A stretch of DNA of 64,000 bases, from assembly GCA_963828195.1 (NCBI GenBank), contig CAWHDT010000001.1:32001-96000 (forward strand), in the 5' to 3' direction. Below the pieces are notes generated by a model that was not told the origin of the DNA, searched no databases, and was given only the letters and a program-made list of their open reading frames with translations. Position 1 is the first letter of the stretch; each line of letters begins with the position of its first letter. The position numbers and the translations under genes are program-made. Shown here in pieces: positions 1 through 8,585 of the stretch. This DNA is from Candidatus Bathyarchaeota archaeon. Its GTDB lineage: Archaea; Thermoproteota; Bathyarchaeia; Bathyarchaeales; Bathycorpusculaceae.

Positions 1-2
1 AC

Positions 3-461
3 AGGGAAAACGGCACAACCGTCGTCTTGACCACACACATGATGGTGGACGCCGATTTAATGTGTGAACGCATAGCCATCGTCGACCACGGAAAAGTGGT
101 AGCGTTAGACACTTCAGCCAACTTGAAAAAAACCATTTCAGGAAAAGACACAACCATAGTAAAACTTACAATACCTAACCTCTCATCAAATCTTTTGGAG
201 AAACTTCAGGCGCTTAACTGCGCGGATTCCGTGACTCAAGAGAGTGAAACCGAACTAAAGTTTTTGGTTCATGGAGAAGACGCGTTCGATAACATCATTG
301 ACGCCACGAGGGCAAACAGTGGAAAAATAAGCTCCATGGAAAACCTGCAGCCAACCCTTGAAGACGTATTCCTGCACATTACCGGCCATCAGGTACGTGA
401 CAGCGCAGACCAGAAAATTCCCATGGGACATAACAGTTTTCAACAAGGGAGAATCAGGTGA
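3..461 (+). CDS. ABC transporter ATP-binding protein (DrrA-like), C-terminal part; truncated by window edge
   Basis: Open frame from base 3 with H-loop 'VVLTTHMM', 'CERIAIVDHGKVVA' and C-terminal 'PTLEDVFLHITG'; overlaps the downstream permease. Confidence 0.9.
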   Translation, partial: RENGTTVVLTTHMMVDADLMCERIAIVDHGKVVALDTSANLKKTISGKDTTIVKLTIPNLSSNLLEKLQALNCADSVTQESETELKFLVHGEDAFDNIIDATRANSGKISSMENLQPTLEDVFLHITGHQVRDSADQKIPMGHNSFQQGRIR

Positions 462-1648
462 GAAGTATGGCCGCAAAAGATCTTTCAAACTCTTTCAGAA
501 TTGCCTGGAAAGACTTAACTGACCTTTTCAGAAATCACTTAGGCTTGGCTTTGCTCGTGTTGATGCCTCTCTTCATGATGGTTTTAGTTGGCTTGATTTA
601 TCCATCCACGGGAACAGTGACTAACCTGCAAGTCGGAATAGTTAACAACGATTCAGGCTTTAACAATTCAACGGTTATGAGCCAAAGTTTAATCACGGGA
701 CTGCAGCAAATTAACAGTCAAACCCATATTTTGGTCCTCTCCAACGTTACCAACGTAGCAAATATAGATGACATGATTAAGAAGGGGGATCTTGAGGGCG
801 GAATTATCATTCCCAGCAACTTCTCATCAAGCACGATGACCGGGCAGCAAGGCACCATAATAATCGTCAGCGACGAGTCTAACCCCCAAGTATCAGCGGC
901 CCTTCAGGGTGAATTGAAAACTGTCTTCGGTGACATGGGTACTGCTTTGGCACAGCAGAAAGTTCAGCCTCTCAATGCAACGGATACTCTGGCAGTCGTT
1001 CAACCATATGACGTGCAAACTCAAGGAGTCATCGCAGGCAACCCCACCTACTTTAGTTTTGTTGCTCCAGGAATAATGGCTCTCACTGTCACGATGAGTG
1101 TCATGACTGGGCTGCCAGTTGCTATTTCGCAGGAAAAAGAACTTGGCACGATGGATGGCATAATGGCGGCTCCAATCAAGAGGCTCTCCATAATCTTCGG
1201 TAAAGCTCTTGGGCAAACTGCAAGAGGAATGATTCAAGGAACAATTGTGCTTCTATTGGCCGTGGGCTTATTTGGAGTAACGATTCAAGGAAGCATCCTG
1301 CTCGTATTTGCGCTGCTTATACTGGGAGTGTTCGCCTTCGTTGGCTTAGGCATTGTAATAACCTCAGTTGCGAAAGACCAACAAACCGCGCAGATGCTGC
1401 TGATGACAATAAGTTTTCCAATGATGTTCCTAAGCGGCGTCTTCTTCCCCATCCAGCAAATGCCCTGGTACATGCAAGACGTCTCAAAGATTCTTCCGCT
1501 TACCTACGAGGCGCAAGCGCTCAGACAAGTCATGGTGCTTGGCGCAGGAATATCCGACATAACCACTGAACTGATAGTACTGATAGTGTTCGGTGCAGTC
1601 ATGATGGCTATTGCAGTGCCAGTGTTCAGGAGACTGATGACCCGATAG
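458..1648 (+). CDS. ABC-2 type transporter permease
   Basis: N-terminal TM, extracytoplasmic loop, 'EKELGTMDGIMAAP' motif, 'FLSGVFFPIQQMP...LPLTY', multiple C-terminal TMs. Confidence 0.92.
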   Translation: MRSMAAKDLSNSFRIAWKDLTDLFRNHLGLALLVLMPLFMMVLVGLIYPSTGTVTNLQVGIVNNDSGFNNSTVMSQSLITGLQQINSQTHILVLSNVTNVANIDDMIKKGDLEGGIIIPSNFSSSTMTGQQGTIIIVSDESNPQVSAALQGELKTVFGDMGTALAQQKVQPLNATDTLAVVQPYDVQTQGVIAGNPTYFSFVAPGIMALTVTMSVMTGLPVAISQEKELGTMDGIMAAPIKRLSIIFGKALGQTARGMIQGTIVLLLAVGLFGVTIQGSILLVFALLILGVFAFVGLGIVITSVAKDQQTAQMLLMTISFPMMFLSGVFFPIQQMPWYMQDVSKILPLTYEAQALRQVMVLGAGISDITTELIVLIVFGAVMMAIAVPVFRRLMTR

Positions 1649-1796
1649 GATCTGCTGGTGAGGAAAACTTGAGCGTGCCCCACAAACCAAGTCAAAAAGA
1701 ATTAATCTTCTTTTTTCTCTGCGGAATCCCTCTGAGTTTTCCTAATGCTTTTTTTAGCAGTTTTCGGCGCACTATGATTTTTTAGAATTGACAGAC

Positions 1797-2333
1797 TCAT
1801 TTGACAATCAGTACGGCGCATCCTGCATGGTGGGCAACTCTTTCACATGTGCTGCCGAGAAAAAGTTCTTTGGTTTTGCTGTGACCTAAGACTATTAAAT
1901 CAATTTCGCTGTTGGCAGCTGTCTCAATTATCTGGGATGGCGGATATCCTTCCTTGAGCTGGGCGGTGATTTTAAGGGCAGGCTTTAGTTTGGTCGCCCT
2001 TTCAGTAGCTTTGGACAAAACATTCTCATGCATCTTTTTAAGGTCATTGATTACTGAGGGATAATCTATTGACTCTTGAGGGTATCCAGATGCTTGAGGC
2101 TTCGGAAACATGTTAAGATATTCAAAATCTGGAGGAGGCTGAAAAACGTTGAGTACCAGAACAGAGGCGGAAAACTTGTCAGCGACTTCAAGAGCATAAT
2201 CCAAAGCTTTTTCCGAATTTTCAGAACCATCTACTCCTACAAGAATCTTCGTTATCAAACTTGGTTCCCTTAGGTTTAATTTGCGATTGAAGCTCATAGG
2301 CATTTCGAAGCAGGCGGAAATTATCAGAACCAA
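1797..2333 (-). CDS. Universal stress protein (UspA family); true start probably downstream of 2333
   Basis: 'KILVGVDGSENSEKALDYA', 'DLIVLG', 'LGSTCERVAHHAGCAVLIVK'. Confidence 0.9.
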   Translation of the reverse strand: MVLIISACFEMPMSFNRKLNLREPSLITKILVGVDGSENSEKALDYALEVADKFSASVLVLNVFQPPPDFEYLNMFPKPQASGYPQESIDYPSVINDLKKMHENVLSKATERATKLKPALKITAQLKEGYPPSQIIETAANSEIDLIVLGHSKTKELFLGSTCERVAHHAGCAVLIVK

Positions 2334-2362
2334 AAAAATTAAAAAATTTTAGATCACTGGTC

Positions 2363-2761
2363 TTAATTATCGCCAGTTAAGATGATCCCTTTTATTTCTT
2401 GGATAATTCCTTTTTCTACCTCACGAGTCCACAACATTTCCGGCACGTCAACGCTGAGAAACAGCAAAGGCGTTAAGACGGCTTCAACTGTTGCCACTGC
2501 CAAATTCTGAATCCACTTGCCAATGCCTACGTGGATTGAGAAATCATTCGGCCGCCCCGTTATCAGGATGCTAAAGGCCCTGTCCGCAGTAATGATATCC
2601 CTCAAAATCCCTGCTTTTTGCGCTTGTATAATTATTCCCATATGCTTAATGGTGGATTGGGTCTTGTATTCTTTGGCTGTTAACTGTTGAATGATCTGTT
2701 GTGATAATAGGTTCAGGTCCTTGTTTTTTCCTTGAAAATGTATTGTTTTTTCGGATACCAA
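2363..2761 (-). CDS. Hypothetical protein
   Basis: 132-aa ORF with natural composition, co-oriented with the USP gene. Confidence 0.7.
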   Translation of the reverse strand: MVSEKTIHFQGKNKDLNLLSQQIIQQLTAKEYKTQSTIKHMGIIIQAQKAGILRDIITADRAFSILITGRPNDFSIHVGIGKWIQNLAVATVEAVLTPLLFLSVDVPEMLWTREVEKGIIQEIKGIILTGDN

Positions 2762-2981
2762 ATTAGAAACCGCAACATTCAGTAGAGATAGAGACTAATT
2801 AATAGTTTTTCATAAGAGGCTCTGTCTCCAAATTTCTTTAAGTTGTTTGAAACGTGAAGCCTTCTTGTTCAAGCTTCGCTATCGATGTTAACGCAGACAC
2901 ATTGTTGTTTGCCAGTACACATTTTCGTCAAATAAGACTAATGGGTATTAGCGACCTATTTGCATTTTGAAGGAAATAGAA

Positions 2982-3248
2982 ATGGCGAATGAAAACAAAC
3001 CAATGGAAAAAGAACGCTCTTTCTCGATTGAACTAAAATCAAAAGACAACCTCAAAAACATCACACTAAACAATGCCTCCCAGGAAAATGCCCTTATCGA
3101 AGGAACAATAGGCAAACTGGAACACGCCCAATTCGTCGAGGACTCAGTTTTGGAAGTCCAAGGCAAAAAAGGCGTTTTGAGAATTGACATTAGCGAAAAC
3201 GAAATCAAAAGAAAAGGAAAAAAAGAAACGAATACTCTAGACAATTAG
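2982..3248 (+). CDS. Hypothetical protein (small, beta-rich)
   Basis: ORF 2967-3248; ATG at 2982 preceded by a purine-rich AAGGA sequence; first gene of a + strand cluster. Confidence 0.65.
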   Translation: MANENKPMEKERSFSIELKSKDNLKNITLNNASQENALIEGTIGKLEHAQFVEDSVLEVQGKKGVLRIDISENEIKRKGKKETNTLDN

Positions 3249-3272
3249 GCAGAAAAGGAGGCGAAAATAACA

Positions 3273-4064
3273 ATGGAAAGAATGGTGGTTGTAGTTTTTG
3301 AGAACGAGCTAAAAGCGTATGACGGATCTAGAGCGCTAAAGGCGCTTGATTCAGAAGGAAGCATTTCTATTCACGCCGAAGCTGTGATAAAGAAAAATGA
3401 TGACGGCACCGTTACCATAAAGCAGAAGGGAGACGAATTTCCGATTCGTACACTCGGTGGAACGACAGTCGGTGCTTTGATTGGGCTTCTGGGAGGCCCA
3501 ATCGGGTTGGCTGTTGGCGTCGTGGCTGGGACTTTTGCCGGAGGCGCTTGGGATATAAACCGGGCTGGAGTCAATTCGGATTTCCTAAATGATGTGTCGG
3601 CTAAACTTACACCTGGCAAATGGGCGATAGTTGCAGAAATCAGCGAAGACTGGGTCACCCCCGTCAACACCCAAATGGAAGCGCTTGGTGGCACCGTATT
3701 TCGCACTGCGCGAAGAAGCGTTGAACACGAACAATACGCCAAAGACGTGGCAGCTATCAAAGCGGACATTGCCCAGTTGAAGGCAGAGCAAGCTAAGTCG
3801 CAGGCAGACCAAAAGGTCAAGCTTCAGACCAAGATTGACAACATGGATAAAAAACTGCATGCAAAGTTGGAGCAAGCGAAGCAGACGTCAGAGCAGCAAA
3901 AGAAAGAAGCCAAAGCTAAAGCGGATGCCTTAGAAAAGAAAGGGGCAAAAGCGAAGGGTGAAGCAAAAGCGAAAATTGATGCAAGGATCGCCGAGATCAA
4001 AGCGAGGGAGAAAAAATCCTCAGATGACTTTGACAAGTGGTTAAACGGAGAAGAGCTCACATGA
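3273..4064 (+). CDS. DUF1269-family glycine-zipper membrane protein with C-terminal coiled coil
   Basis: Strong RBS (AAGGAGG), 'GGTTVGALIGLLGGPIGLAVG' glycine zipper, 'LTPGKWAIVAE', Lys/Ala/Gln-rich tail. Confidence 0.8.
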   Translation: MERMVVVVFENELKAYDGSRALKALDSEGSISIHAEAVIKKNDDGTVTIKQKGDEFPIRTLGGTTVGALIGLLGGPIGLAVGVVAGTFAGGAWDINRAGVNSDFLNDVSAKLTPGKWAIVAEISEDWVTPVNTQMEALGGTVFRTARRSVEHEQYAKDVAAIKADIAQLKAEQAKSQADQKVKLQTKIDNMDKKLHAKLEQAKQTSEQQKKEAKAKADALEKKGAKAKGEAKAKIDARIAEIKAREKKSSDDFDKWLNGEELT

Positions 4065-4143
4065 GTGGGTGGAAAAACAAGGTGCTCGCTAATGCCACTC
4101 GCATGCTTACTTGCGTCATCAATAGTATGGGAGGTGAAAAAGT

Positions 4144-4635
4144 TTGACTGATATGGTCGTACTTGCTTTTGATAGTGAAGGTGGAGCAGACATGGGACGT
4201 GAAAAGCTAGTAGAGCTAGACAACGAATACGAGCTTAACCTCGTTAATGCGGTTGAAGTTGTTAGGCACAAAGATGGCAAAATCAAGGTAAAGGATATTC
4301 GCAGCCTAAGCGGCATCGGAGCATTAGGCGGGGCTTTCTGGGGAACACTTTTCGGTCTTCTGTTTCTCGTGCCAGCCCTCGGACTCGCCGTCGGAGCAGT
4401 CTCAGGCGCCGTCGCAGGCCACTTTGCACACTTTGGCGTCACCAAAGATTATTTGAAGCAGATAGAAGCCTCAGTGGTACCGGGAACCTCAGCTCTTGCA
4501 ATCCTAGCCGCAAACGTTACCGTTGACAAGGTCGTTCAGAAGCTTAGTCCACTTCATCCGAAAGTTATTCGCAGTTCACTATCAACTGAACAAGAAGCAA
4601 AACTAAACGAAGCCTTCGGCTCAATCACAAAGTAA
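4144..4635 (+). CDS. DUF1269-family membrane protein
   Basis: GGAGGTGA RBS, 'GALGGAFWGTLFGLLFLVPALGLAVGA', 'PGTSAL', 'VIRSSLSTEQEAKL'. Confidence 0.85.
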   Translation: MTDMVVLAFDSEGGADMGREKLVELDNEYELNLVNAVEVVRHKDGKIKVKDIRSLSGIGALGGAFWGTLFGLLFLVPALGLAVGAVSGAVAGHFAHFGVTKDYLKQIEASVVPGTSALAILAANVTVDKVVQKLSPLHPKVIRSSLSTEQEAKLNEAFGSITK

Positions 4636-4724
4636 CACCATCAGAAAATCTAAACACCCAAGAAATCAAGATTCTTGGATCCCCATTTTCTTTGTAGTTA
4701 ACATGAGAAGTAATCGACATTGGA

Positions 4725-5414
4725 GTGATACTTACGCGTACACGAGTTTCAAGCCAAAATAAAATAACCAATAATTATATTCAAAAAGTATATCTCTGGA
4801 TGTTCGCAGGCTTAATTATAACCAGCATTACGGCCTATTTGGTTTCCCAGTATCCAGACTTCTACAATGTGATATTGGGTAATGACATTATTTTCTATGG
4901 GGTATTAATCGCACAGTTTTTAGCTATCGTCAGCATAGCTGCTTTCATAAAGAGAATACCCGATAATCTTGCGGAAATTACGTTTGGACTGTACTGCTTC
5001 CTTACTGGCCTTACTCTTTCAATAATTTTTTTGGATTTTTCAATAAGCTCCATAGCTTACGCGATTTTGATTGCAGCCGCTATGTTCGGCTTTATGAGTC
5101 TTTATGGTTACGTAACTAAAACAGATCTTACCTCGGTAGGTAGCATTTTAACAATGTGTTTATTTGGGATTATTTCAGCATTGATCGTTAATTTGTTTAT
5201 TATGAATTCGCTTCTTGACACAATACTTAGCATTTTGGGCGTCCTCGTTTTTTCTGGTTTTGCAGCACACGACACGCAAAACGTCAAGAATACTCTAATG
5301 TATGGCGATGGTGATCTTATAAAGAAAGAAATACTTGGCGCCCTCAACCTCTATTTGGATTTCGTAAATCTCTTCTTGGACCTCCTCAATTTATTTGGAA
5401 AAAGGAGAGATTAG
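4725..5414 (+). CDS. Bax inhibitor-1/YccA family membrane protein
   Basis: About 7 TMs, 'KVYLWMFAGL', 'YGYVTKTDLT', 'AHDTQ', 'GALNLYLDFVNLFL'. Confidence 0.9.
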   Translation: MILTRTRVSSQNKITNNYIQKVYLWMFAGLIITSITAYLVSQYPDFYNVILGNDIIFYGVLIAQFLAIVSIAAFIKRIPDNLAEITFGLYCFLTGLTLSIIFLDFSISSIAYAILIAAAMFGFMSLYGYVTKTDLTSVGSILTMCLFGIISALIVNLFIMNSLLDTILSILGVLVFSGFAAHDTQNVKNTLMYGDGDLIKKEILGALNLYLDFVNLFLDLLNLFGKRRD

Positions 5415-5569
5415 TCTTTTCTTACGAAGGAAAAGCTTACTTAGGATAAATTAGATGTGCCTCTATAAACTAACTTTCCTTACGAAATTCGAAACCTTAA
5501 ATAGAAAAACCAAAGAGGCATGTAACTGTGAGCCTGCCTTGTTAGTAAAAGTTTTTATGTTAATAATTA

Positions 5570-6112
5570 TTAAGAATTTTTAGGTGATACGGGCGCACGC
5601 ACTTTTCTCTTTTTCATTTCTATTTTTATATTTTTTTCATTGATGAATTCATCTAAAAATTGTTTGAGGTTTTCATGCATCTTTTTTGCCGGTTCTCTAA
5701 GCTTCTCTGTTGCTTCTGCGGGCGGTTGGAAAAAGCCATATTCCGTTAGATAAAAGTTAACGCTTGAATAATCGCCTGCTAAAGCGGAGTCAATAGTTTT
5801 TTTGCCCATTTCACGACAAGCCCAATATCTGTGGTGGCCATCCAAAACGGCGTAAAGGTCTATTCGGGGATGTTTAACGACAATTATGGGATTTATTTTT
5901 TCGTTGTTTGCTATCTTTTTCTTATAGAATTCTACTCCTTCCCTTGAAACCTTTGTATCAGCAACAATTTTCTCAATAGTCAACGGCCGTGAATATTTAC
6001 CGGGATTAATAAAAACGTCTGGATTAAATTCAGGCTTTCTTTTAACAAGACCAAGAATATCTTTTTTGATTGACTCCCAAAGATTTCTTGAAATCTGACG
6101 GAAACTCATCAT
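5570..6112 (-). CDS. ParB/sulfiredoxin N-terminal domain protein
   Basis: 'PIIVV...YAVLDGHHRYWAC' ParB/Srx motif. Confidence 0.8.
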   Translation of the reverse strand: MMSFRQISRNLWESIKKDILGLVKRKPEFNPDVFINPGKYSRPLTIEKIVADTKVSREGVEFYKKKIANNEKINPIIVVKHPRIDLYAVLDGHHRYWACREMGKKTIDSALAGDYSSVNFYLTEYGFFQPPAEATEKLREPAKKMHENLKQFLDEFINEKNIKIEMKKRKVRAPVSPKNS

Positions 6113-6134
6113 ACCATACTTGTCATGCTAATAA

Positions 6135-6233
6135 TTAATTTTTTCCTTGTTTATTAGCGCACCGTAGAAGTTGTTGGCGCGCCATATCAAATCCTGCTTT
6201 GTAACCTTTATTCCAATAATCATCTTCATTCAT
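6135..6233 (-). CDS. Putative 32-aa small protein (not in ORF track)
   Basis: MNEDDYWNKGYKAGFDMARQQLLRCANKQGKN; ATG directly abuts the TAG of the upstream ORF. Confidence 0.35.
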   Translation of the reverse strand: MNEDDYWNKGYKAGFDMARQQLLRCANKQGKN

Positions 6234-6404
6234 CTAAATCATTATTCCTGCAATAATAATAGCTATGCCAAGAGCAGTCCTTGCGTATCTTTCTCCGTCG
6301 AACCATGCATTATGATGCTGCCCACCTTTTACAAGTACGCTGCCGACTCCGTCAGCCACTATTGCGAATCCTGAAGCTATAAAGAAATAATTAAAGAAGT
6401 TCAT
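6234..6404 (-). CDS. Small two-TM membrane protein
   Basis: From ATG 6404: MNFFNYFFIASGFAIVADG...ALGIAIIIAGIMI, two hydrophobic segments. Confidence 0.5.
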   Translation of the reverse strand: MNFFNYFFIASGFAIVADGVGSVLVKGGQHHNAWFDGERYARTALGIAIIIAGIMI

Positions 6405-6636
6405 ACAAAGCCACCGTACCTGCACGACTAAGTGTTCACATACTGCCCATCGCAAACACACTTCTTATGTTAGTTCCTAATCTTACATCTATGTTGAGAT
6501 GCAGCATAGGTAAAAGTTATTTTGGTACACTCGAGTTATCGCGCCGCCCAAATTTAGGAACAACCACGCTCGCTACGTTTCGCATCTTAACGGTATGCGT
6601 CTCTATGGTTTTTGAACTCAGATTCTGGTACGGTTG

Positions 6637-6715
6637 TGGTGCGGTCGCCGGGATTTGAACCCGGGATCATTAGCTTGGAAGGCTAATGTCCTAAACCAGA
6701 CTAGACGACGACCGC
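6637..6715 (-). tRNA. tRNA-Gly (anticodon TCC), intronless, CCA encoded
   Basis: Reverse complement GCGGTCG...TTAGC-CTTCCAA-GCTAA...CCGGG-TTCAAAT-CCCGG-CGACCGC-A-CCA folds into a cloverleaf. Confidence 0.97.
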
Positions 6716-7143
6716 CCTCAATATTGCTTGTATTTCCAATATCTATGCTTGATTTAAGGATATTGCAATCAGCTTTAACTAGGTTTTGAACACTCAGAAG
6801 ATTAGATTGACCAGCATCAGTGTTCAATTGGTCGTTAGTAGAAACTTTGCTGCTTAGCTGATTTTGAACCCACTCTTTAGTTTGCCGGTGATAAGAAAAC
6901 TTTCCCTTGCCAGTTGCCCCTTTCCCTGCATAATGCCTAACTCTATAGTAGTTACCTAATTGCTGAAGATACCTTCTTGCTTACAGACTTCATATATAAT
7001 TCTCATTTTAAGACTAAGAAAGCAGAGAATAAGCTGAGAATATGCTCTGAATGTGTCTTGCTGCCCTTCGGTTTAGTGAGTAGGTTATATTGGATTAGTG
7101 GTCTGGAAAAATCTTAATTTGAACGTTTTTGGTTTTGATTTGT

Positions 7144-7422
7144 TTAGGCGGGTTGTATGATTACGTCATAGATATAGCCTGTTAGGGGTGGTTTTTCTTT
7201 CTGCAGGAGCAATTGGATTATTTCTGGGATAAAAATGCGTCCATCTTTGCCTGTTTTTGCGTAAAAAGACTGCCAGTTGCTGACATAGTCTAGGCGGGTT
7301 ATTTCAACTTTGAAAACTTGGTTTGCTTCTATTTTGAATTGTTCTCGGATGATTTTTGGAATTTGCAGCCTGTTACCTTTCTGGATTATTGTTTTAAACT
7401 CAATTTGTTGCGGAAGAGGCAT
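7144..7422 (-). CDS. AbrB/MazE-like (swapped-hairpin) DNA-binding protein, two repeats
   Basis: 'IQKGNRLQIPKIIREQFKI' and 'KTGKDGRIFIPEII' AbrB-type motifs; AAGGAG RBS. Confidence 0.75.
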   Translation of the reverse strand: MPLPQQIEFKTIIQKGNRLQIPKIIREQFKIEANQVFKVEITRLDYVSNWQSFYAKTGKDGRIFIPEIIQLLLQKEKPPLTGYIYDVIIQPA

Positions 7423-7438
7423 AACAGTCTGTCTCCTT

Positions 7439-7482
7439 TGACGCGTAGCGACGCACCTTGACGGATAATGACGCGTAGTGAC
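7439..7482. repeat. Direct repeat TGACGCGTAG(C/T)GAC x2, 30-bp period
   Basis: Copies at 7439-7452 and 7469-7482, just upstream of the AbrB-like gene. Confidence 0.7.
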
Positions 7483-7638
7483 TTTTTAATACGCAACCTG
7501 CAAACGATTTAAGCTTTGCCACAAAAAAGCAACCCAAAACAGCCCCTCTACAAAATAAAAATTCAACCGTTGTTGTTCTATCAAAAAAATGAATCCACTA
7601 AAATCTGAGTTGCAGGATGGAATGGTATATCTTACTCC

Positions 7639-7953
7639 ATGAATGGATATACTGTTGGATTGGTTTGGAAGATGGGTATGGGAAAGGAAGCGAAAAAGGT
7701 TCCTAACAGCCGCATTAAAATTTTAACTAAAGACGCGAAGCAAATGGTGAATGGACCTTACTATTGCCCAAAATGCCGAAAGGAACTATTGCAGATTTTG
7801 GCGAATGTACACAAAAAAGAAGTTTACGCCGTTTGCAAATGCGGTCTCGAGTGGCAGTTGACATATGCACCTGTTTTCCAGCCGATAGATTACTATAACA
7901 AGTTTAGGGATTGCTGGAAGAAGCAGAGCTACGGCATAATCAAACAAAAATAA
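7639..7953 (+). CDS. Zinc-ribbon protein, Elf1-like transcription elongation factor family (start uncertain)
   Basis: 'YYCPKC...VCKCG...PIDYYNKFRD' matches the Elf1 pattern CxxC...CxxG...(I/V)DxYxxFxD. Confidence 0.6.
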   Translation: MNGYTVGLVWKMGMGKEAKKVPNSRIKILTKDAKQMVNGPYYCPKCRKELLQILANVHKKEVYAVCKCGLEWQLTYAPVFQPIDYYNKFRDCWKKQSYGIIKQK

Positions 7954-8069
7954 GGACTAAAATTTACAAATTCATTTTTAGCTCTACCCAATTACTGTAA
8001 TTTAAGCAAAAACTTTTACCACACATGTTATCTATAAGATGAAATCACCTGGCAATAGAAGGAGAAAAA

Positions 8070-8528
8070 GTGACCGAAGAAAAACTTGAATTCACACGCC
8101 GTCTACTTATTTTGGGAAATCTGGCGCTTCTCGCATGGGTTTTTCTAGCTTTTTTCAGCGTCCTTTTTTACAACCAGATCGAGGGGTGGGGCTACCTACT
8201 TTTAGAAGTCGTTGTCATCTATCTTATTCTGCGTCGGCTCGGATGCAGTAGCTGTTACAATTGCAAAACTTGTACAAGCGGCTTTGGAAGACTTGTAGGC
8301 GCATTTTTTGGAAAAGGCTTCGTCAAGAAAGCAAGCGTTGGAAACAAGTGGGGAATAATAGGTTTTACTTATTTTCTTCTCTTTCCTCTTCCATTAGTAA
8401 TTTTACTTTACACTTTTTCGCAGTCGTTTTCGCTCTTAAAGGTGTTAGTGCTTCTTTGCCTTTTAGCCGTGTCTATTTACAGTCTGACGACGTGGTACAC
8501 CCGTTCAACAGTTCCTAAAAAGGTGTAA
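8070..8528 (+). CDS. Four-TM membrane protein with Cys cluster
   Basis: Hydrophobic segments, 'GCSSCYNCKTCTSG' loop, AAGGAG RBS. Confidence 0.75.
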   Translation: MTEEKLEFTRRLLILGNLALLAWVFLAFFSVLFYNQIEGWGYLLLEVVVIYLILRRLGCSSCYNCKTCTSGFGRLVGAFFGKGFVKKASVGNKWGIIGFTYFLLFPLPLVILLYTFSQSFSLLKVLVLLCLLAVSIYSLTTWYTRSTVPKKV

Positions 8529-8585
8529 TTTGGGGGAACTTTTAAACGGTTGAATGATTCATGTAACGACTCTGAAGATGTGTGA

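Noticed and set aside
5570-6112. Plasmid partition system
   Set aside because: ParB/Srx domain only; no ParA, HTH domain or parS repeats seen
6618-6827. 69-aa ORF and the 6467-6658 ORF
   Set aside because: Both overlap the tRNA-Gly gene and are likely spurious
7144-7422. Toxin-antitoxin pair
   Set aside because: No PIN, MazF or RelE toxin ORF adjacent
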